Assembly: GCA_965214405.1 (NCBI GenBank)
Contig: OZ243956.1
Location: 1,024,001-1,088,000 of the forward strand
From: Trueperaceae bacterium
GTDB lineage: Bacteria > Deinococcota > Deinococci > Deinococcales > Trueperaceae
DNA: 64,000 bases
Reading direction: 5' to 3'
Part shown: piece by piece, positions 60,523-64,000 of the stretch
How positions within the stretch are numbered: the stretch's first letter is position 1
Layout: each line of letters opens with the position of its first letter
Notes under the pieces: generated by a model
Seen by the model: the letters and a program-made list of their open reading frames with translations, nothing else
Databases searched by the model: none
Told to the model about the DNA's origin: nothing
Translations under genes and position numbers: made by a program

Positions 60523-61902
60523 CTAAACCGGCTCGAGCTGCGCCCCCAGCCTCTCGAGCAGCGTCACATACCCCCGCTGGGCGCGCTCGAACGAACTGAG
60601 CCTAAAAAATTTGTCCGGCGCGTGCGCCCGCTCGTCCTTGAGGCCAAAAGCGAAGTTGACCGTGTAAACGCCCAAGTGCTCCAGAATGAGGCTGCAAAAG
60701 GGGATGCTGCCGCCGCTCCGCACATAAAAAGGCGCTTTGCCATAGAGCGCTTTGTGAACCTCCCGCGCCGCCTCGTTGCCCGGATGGTCGGTGGGCATGA
60801 GGTAGGGCTTAGACGAACTGCCTTCGGGTGCGACCGTCGCGGTGACGCCCGGCGGGGCGTGTGTCTCGGCGTGTTTGGTTATCAGTTTGACGATAGTCTC
60901 CGGGTCCTGGTCGGCCACCAGCCGACAGGTAATTTTGGCGTGCGCCTCGCCCGGCAAGACGGTCTTGGTGCCCTCGCCCTGAAAGCCGCCCCAGATACCG
61001 TTGATTTCTAACGTGGGCCGCGCCCAGGTGCGCTCGAGCGTCGTGTAGCCCTCCTCGCCAAAAAGCGCGTTCACGTCCAAGCGTTCTTTGTAGTCGGCCT
61101 CGTCATAGGGTACCGCCGCGATGAGGTCGCGGTCCTTTTCCGAAAGGGGCCGCACCGCGTCGTAGAAACCTTCCACCAGAATCCGCCCGTCGGGGCCGCG
61201 CATCGAGGCGAGCAAGCTCACGAGCGCGTGGATGGGGTTTTGCACCGCGCCGCCGTAGCCCCCGGAGTGCAGGTCGTGCGCGGGACCCCGCACGTCAATT
61301 TGCAAGGCGCAGATGCCCCGGAGCCCCACAAGCAAGTTGGGCTGGTCGCTCTCCCACTGCCCCCCGTCGGCGCTCACGACCAGGTCGCAAGCGAGCAGGT
61401 CTTTGTTGCTGGCGATAAAGCTTGGCAACTGCGGACTGCCGATCTCCTCTTGACCCTCGAACAGCACCTTGAGGTTGACGGGCAGCTTCCCTTCGGTCTT
61501 AAGCAGCGCCTCCACCGCCAGAATCGGCGCAAGCATGTTGCCCTTGTCGTCCGACGCGCCCCGCGCGTAGACCCTGTCGCCTTTGGTAACGGGCGCAAAA
61601 GGCGGATGGGTCCACCCGTTCAGCGGGTCCACGGGCTGCGTGTCGAAGTGCCCGTAAACGAGCACGGTCGGTTTGCCCGGCGCGCGCAGCCACTCCCCGT
61701 AAACGACCGGATGACCGCCCGTCGGCAGAATCTGCACGTTTTCCAGCCCCGCCTCCCGCACGCTTGTAGCCACCCACTCGCCAGCGCGCGCCACGTCCTC
61801 CTTGTGCTCGGGCAGGCTCGAGACACTCGGAATGCGCAAAAAGTCTAAAAGCCTCTCCCGAAACGCCTCTTTATGTTCTTCTAAATAGTCCAGGGGTGTC
61901 AT
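60523..61902 (-). CDS. M20 family dipeptidase
   Basis: YGHFDTQP, ARGASDDKG, EGQEEIGS, DLHSG, HAPD; RBS GGAGGAG before ATG 61902. Confidence 0.92.
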   Translation of the reverse strand: MTPLDYLEEHKEAFRERLLDFLRIPSVSSLPEHKEDVARAGEWVATSVREAGLENVQILPTGGHPVVYGEWLRAPGKPTVLVYGHFDTQPVDPLNGWTHPPFAPVTKGDRVYARGASDDKGNMLAPILAVEALLKTEGKLPVNLKVLFEGQEEIGSPQLPSFIASNKDLLACDLVVSADGGQWESDQPNLLVGLRGICALQIDVRGPAHDLHSGGYGGAVQNPIHALVSLLASMRGPDGRILVEGFYDAVRPLSEKDRDLIAAVPYDEADYKERLDVNALFGEEGYTTLERTWARPTLEINGIWGGFQGEGTKTVLPGEAHAKITCRLVADQDPETIVKLITKHAETHAPPGVTATVAPEGSSSKPYLMPTDHPGNEAAREVHKALYGKAPFYVRSGGSIPFCSLILEHLGVYTVNFAFGLKDERAHAPDKFFRLSSFERAQRGYVTLLERLGAQLEPV

Positions 61903-62059
61903 GACGTCTCCTCCCCTTTCAAGCATAAGCCAAGAACGAGGAAGACCGCTCCTGATGAGCGGCGCGTGGGTGCAGGGCCAAACCGGATGAACGAAGGTCA
62001 GGCCTGCATTGCGAGTCCGTACGAGTTTGGACGCGACTTTGATTGCTATCGTTGACGCT

Positions 62060-62671
62060 ATGCGAGTCGAGGCTAGACACGACGTCATGCTCGAGCTGAG
62101 CGAAGACGAGACGATGCGCGCGCTTATAGAGCAGTTCGGCGAGTACGGCTGGGACCTCAACACGCCCTTCGGGACGCTCGCTCGAGCCGTCGCCGGACAA
62201 GTCGTCTCGGGCAGGGCCGCGAAGAGAGCCTACGGGCGGCTCAAAGAAGCCACGCGGCTCGAGCCCCTAAAAGTTGCCGAGATGACCGTAGAGGACCTTA
62301 TGGCTTTCGGCCTCAACGACCGGCGGGCGGCTTACTTACGCAACGCCGCGGTCTTCGCCGTAGATGGCGGCTTAGAAGGCTTAGAAAACAGGAGTGACAA
62401 GGAGGTTGAAGCGGCGCTCACGAGCGTCAAAGGGATTGGACCGTGGACGGCGCACATGTTCCTTATTTTCTGTTTGGGTCGCCTTGACGTATGGCCGACC
62501 GAAGATTTCGGCGTCGTAAATATCTCTAAAGAGCTGTACGAAACGCAGACCAAGGGGGAGCTTAGGGAGTTAGGAAAACGCTTCAAGCCTTACCGGAGCG
62601 TGGCCGTCTGGTACATGTGGGCGCTCGGGGTCTCGAGGCAGGCGCAGGGGAAGTCGGGTTACAAAGTATAG
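62060..62671 (+). CDS. DNA-3-methyladenine glycosylase II (AlkA/HhH-GPD family)
   Basis: GQ.VS..AA, VKGIGPWTA, D.GV, PYRS.A.WY.W motifs. Confidence 0.88.
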   Translation: MRVEARHDVMLELSEDETMRALIEQFGEYGWDLNTPFGTLARAVAGQVVSGRAAKRAYGRLKEATRLEPLKVAEMTVEDLMAFGLNDRRAAYLRNAAVFAVDGGLEGLENRSDKEVEAALTSVKGIGPWTAHMFLIFCLGRLDVWPTEDFGVVNISKELYETQTKGELRELGKRFKPYRSVAVWYMWALGVSRQAQGKSGYKV

Positions 62672-62883
62672 AGGGCAACACGAAAACCTTTAGCCTTTTA
62701 CGCTCTAACGGTAGGCCTCCAGAAAATCTATGTACGGGTAGAGTATTCTAGAGTTTACTGGCTCTTGCTCAAGCTTCAGCGCAGCTCAGAGCGCGACCCG
62801 TCGGGATGATTCGCACCTTTGCGCATAGAGGAAGGACCTGGACAGGACCTCGCTGTGCTGGCTACTTCAGGGCGATGTCGGCA

Positions 62884-64000
62884 CTAGGGCAGGGGCGGCA
62901 GGCCAAGCTCTTTTAGAAATTCGTTATGAGCCTCTGTCGCAGCGTTTACTTTGTTTTCCAGATCGACTAGCTCAGCATTAACTGCTTTAAGATTAATTTT
63001 TGGCTCAGGCGTAGCGGTACTGACGTAACGCGATATATTCAGGTTGAAGTCGTTATCCTCGATTTCGTCCATAGAAACGCGCCTCGAGTAACGCGCTTCT
63101 TCTTTGCGGTACTGGTACGTATGGACGATCTTTTCGATATGCTCATTCAGTAAGTGATTTTGCCGCTTTCCTTTTTCGAAGTGTTCGCTCGCGTTGACGA
63201 AGAGCACATCATCAGGCTTTTTACACTTCTTCAACACCAAAATACAAACAGGAATGCCGGTCGAGAAAAACAGGTTGGCGGGTAGTCCGATGACGGTGTC
63301 TATATTGCCATCCTCGAGCAGCTTGGTGCGGATGCGCGCTTCGGCGCCACCACGAAATAAAACCCCGTGAGGCAAGATGATCGCCATCGCGCCCTCACCA
63401 CTCAAGAAGTGAAAGCCGTGCAGCAAAAAAGCAAAGTCAGCAGCAGACTTGGGCGCGAGACCGTAGCTCTTAAACCTGAAGTCTTCGCCCAGCCTCTCAC
63501 TCGGTTCCCAGCGGTAGCTAAAGGGCGGGTTCGCCACCACCGCGTCGAACTCTAACTTTTTAGCGGGATTCATTTCGCTGAGGATGTCCCAATCGTTGAG
63601 AAGCGAATCACCGTGGTGTATTTCAAACTCTGAATCTTTCACGCCGTGGAGCAGCATGTTCATGCGCGCGAGGTTGTAGGTCGTGATGTTTTTTTCTTGC
63701 CCGTAGAGTTTGCCGATCCCGTAGGGACCCACCTGTTTACGCACGTTGAGCAGGAGCGAGCCGGACCCGCAGGCGAAATCGAGCACCCTGTCGAGCCGCT
63801 TCTTCTTGCCGGTTGTGGGGTCTTGGCTGTCGAGCGTAACGATCTTAGAAAGAATCGTAGAGATTTGCTGCGGGGTATAAAACTCGCCCGCTTTTTTGCC
63901 CGAGCCCGCCGCAAACTCTCCTATCAGATACTCATAGGCGTCGCCCAGAATATCGCTGCTGGTGGAAAATCCTGCAATCCCCTCAGCAATCTTGGTGATG
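62884..64000 (-). CDS. hsdM: Type I restriction-modification methyltransferase subunit M (5' part outside the window)
   Basis: GDAYEYLI, GEFYTP, DFACGSGSLL, ANPPF, PHGVLFRG; frame open to the window edge. Confidence 0.95.
   Translation of the reverse strand, partial: ITKIAEGIAGFSTSSDILGDAYEYLIGEFAAGSGKKAGEFYTPQQISTILSKIVTLDSQDPTTGKKKRLDRVLDFACGSGSLLLNVRKQVGPYGIGKLYGQEKNITTYNLARMNMLLHGVKDSEFEIHHGDSLLNDWDILSEMNPAKKLEFDAVVANPPFSYRWEPSERLGEDFRFKSYGLAPKSAADFAFLLHGFHFLSGEGAMAIILPHGVLFRGGAEARIRTKLLEDGNIDTVIGLPANLFFSTGIPVCILVLKKCKKPDDVLFVNASEHFEKGKRQNHLLNEHIEKIVHTYQYRKEEARYSRRVSMDEIEDNDFNLNISRYVSTATPEPKINLKAVNAELVDLENKVNAATEAHNEFLKELGLPPLP

Noticed and set aside
243..61848. Long antisense/alternate-frame ORFs (e.g. 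243-1037, 19608-20414, 23934-24935, 38852-39592, 47730-48467)
   Set aside because: Shadows of well-supported genes in GC-rich DNA, with no recognisable motifs
54192..62163. Long N-terminal extensions in the ORF track (proA from 55679, M20 from 62163; also HIT from 45178)
   Set aside because: Downstream starts have an RBS or leaderless -10 box and match where family similarity begins

Overview
GC-rich bacterial chromosome segment, most likely Deinococcota (Truepera-like). That assignment is inferred from gene content and from TAnnnT -10 boxes lying 5-7 bp before many start codons. Positions 1-26.6 kb are a large surface-glycan locus. It encodes pseudaminic-acid-type synthesis, an FdtABC-like 3-amino-3,6-dideoxyhexose module, two flippases, six GT2/GT4 transferases, a Wzy-like polymerase, two O-antigen-ligase-domain proteins (one fused to a WbaP-type priming transferase), rmlADC/rmlB, a cis-prenyltransferase and manC. 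An IS5 element and a small gene pair interrupt it. At 26.7-30.4 kb lies the best candidate for an undescribed system: a lipoprotein subtilase with five tandem GVR(A/T)WAG peptides in its pro-region, next to a TPR + HD-GYP c-di-GMP phosphodiesterase. Both genes share the same upstream motif and -10 spacing, which suggests peptide signalling coupled to c-di-GMP. At 32.2-36.6 kb three IS elements are stacked at one target 16-17 bp upstream of the tRNA-Gln -35 box, with tandem target-duplication scars; a related IS lies at 42-43.3 kb. The rest is housekeeping and stress genes (arginase, Mn-catalase, proA, melA, AlkA and others), a few pseudogene remnants and a type I RM hsdM running off the end. 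The palindrome CTCGAG is strongly enriched in host genes and was not seen in the IS elements. No CRISPR array or rRNA was found. All calls were made by eye; no database searches were run.
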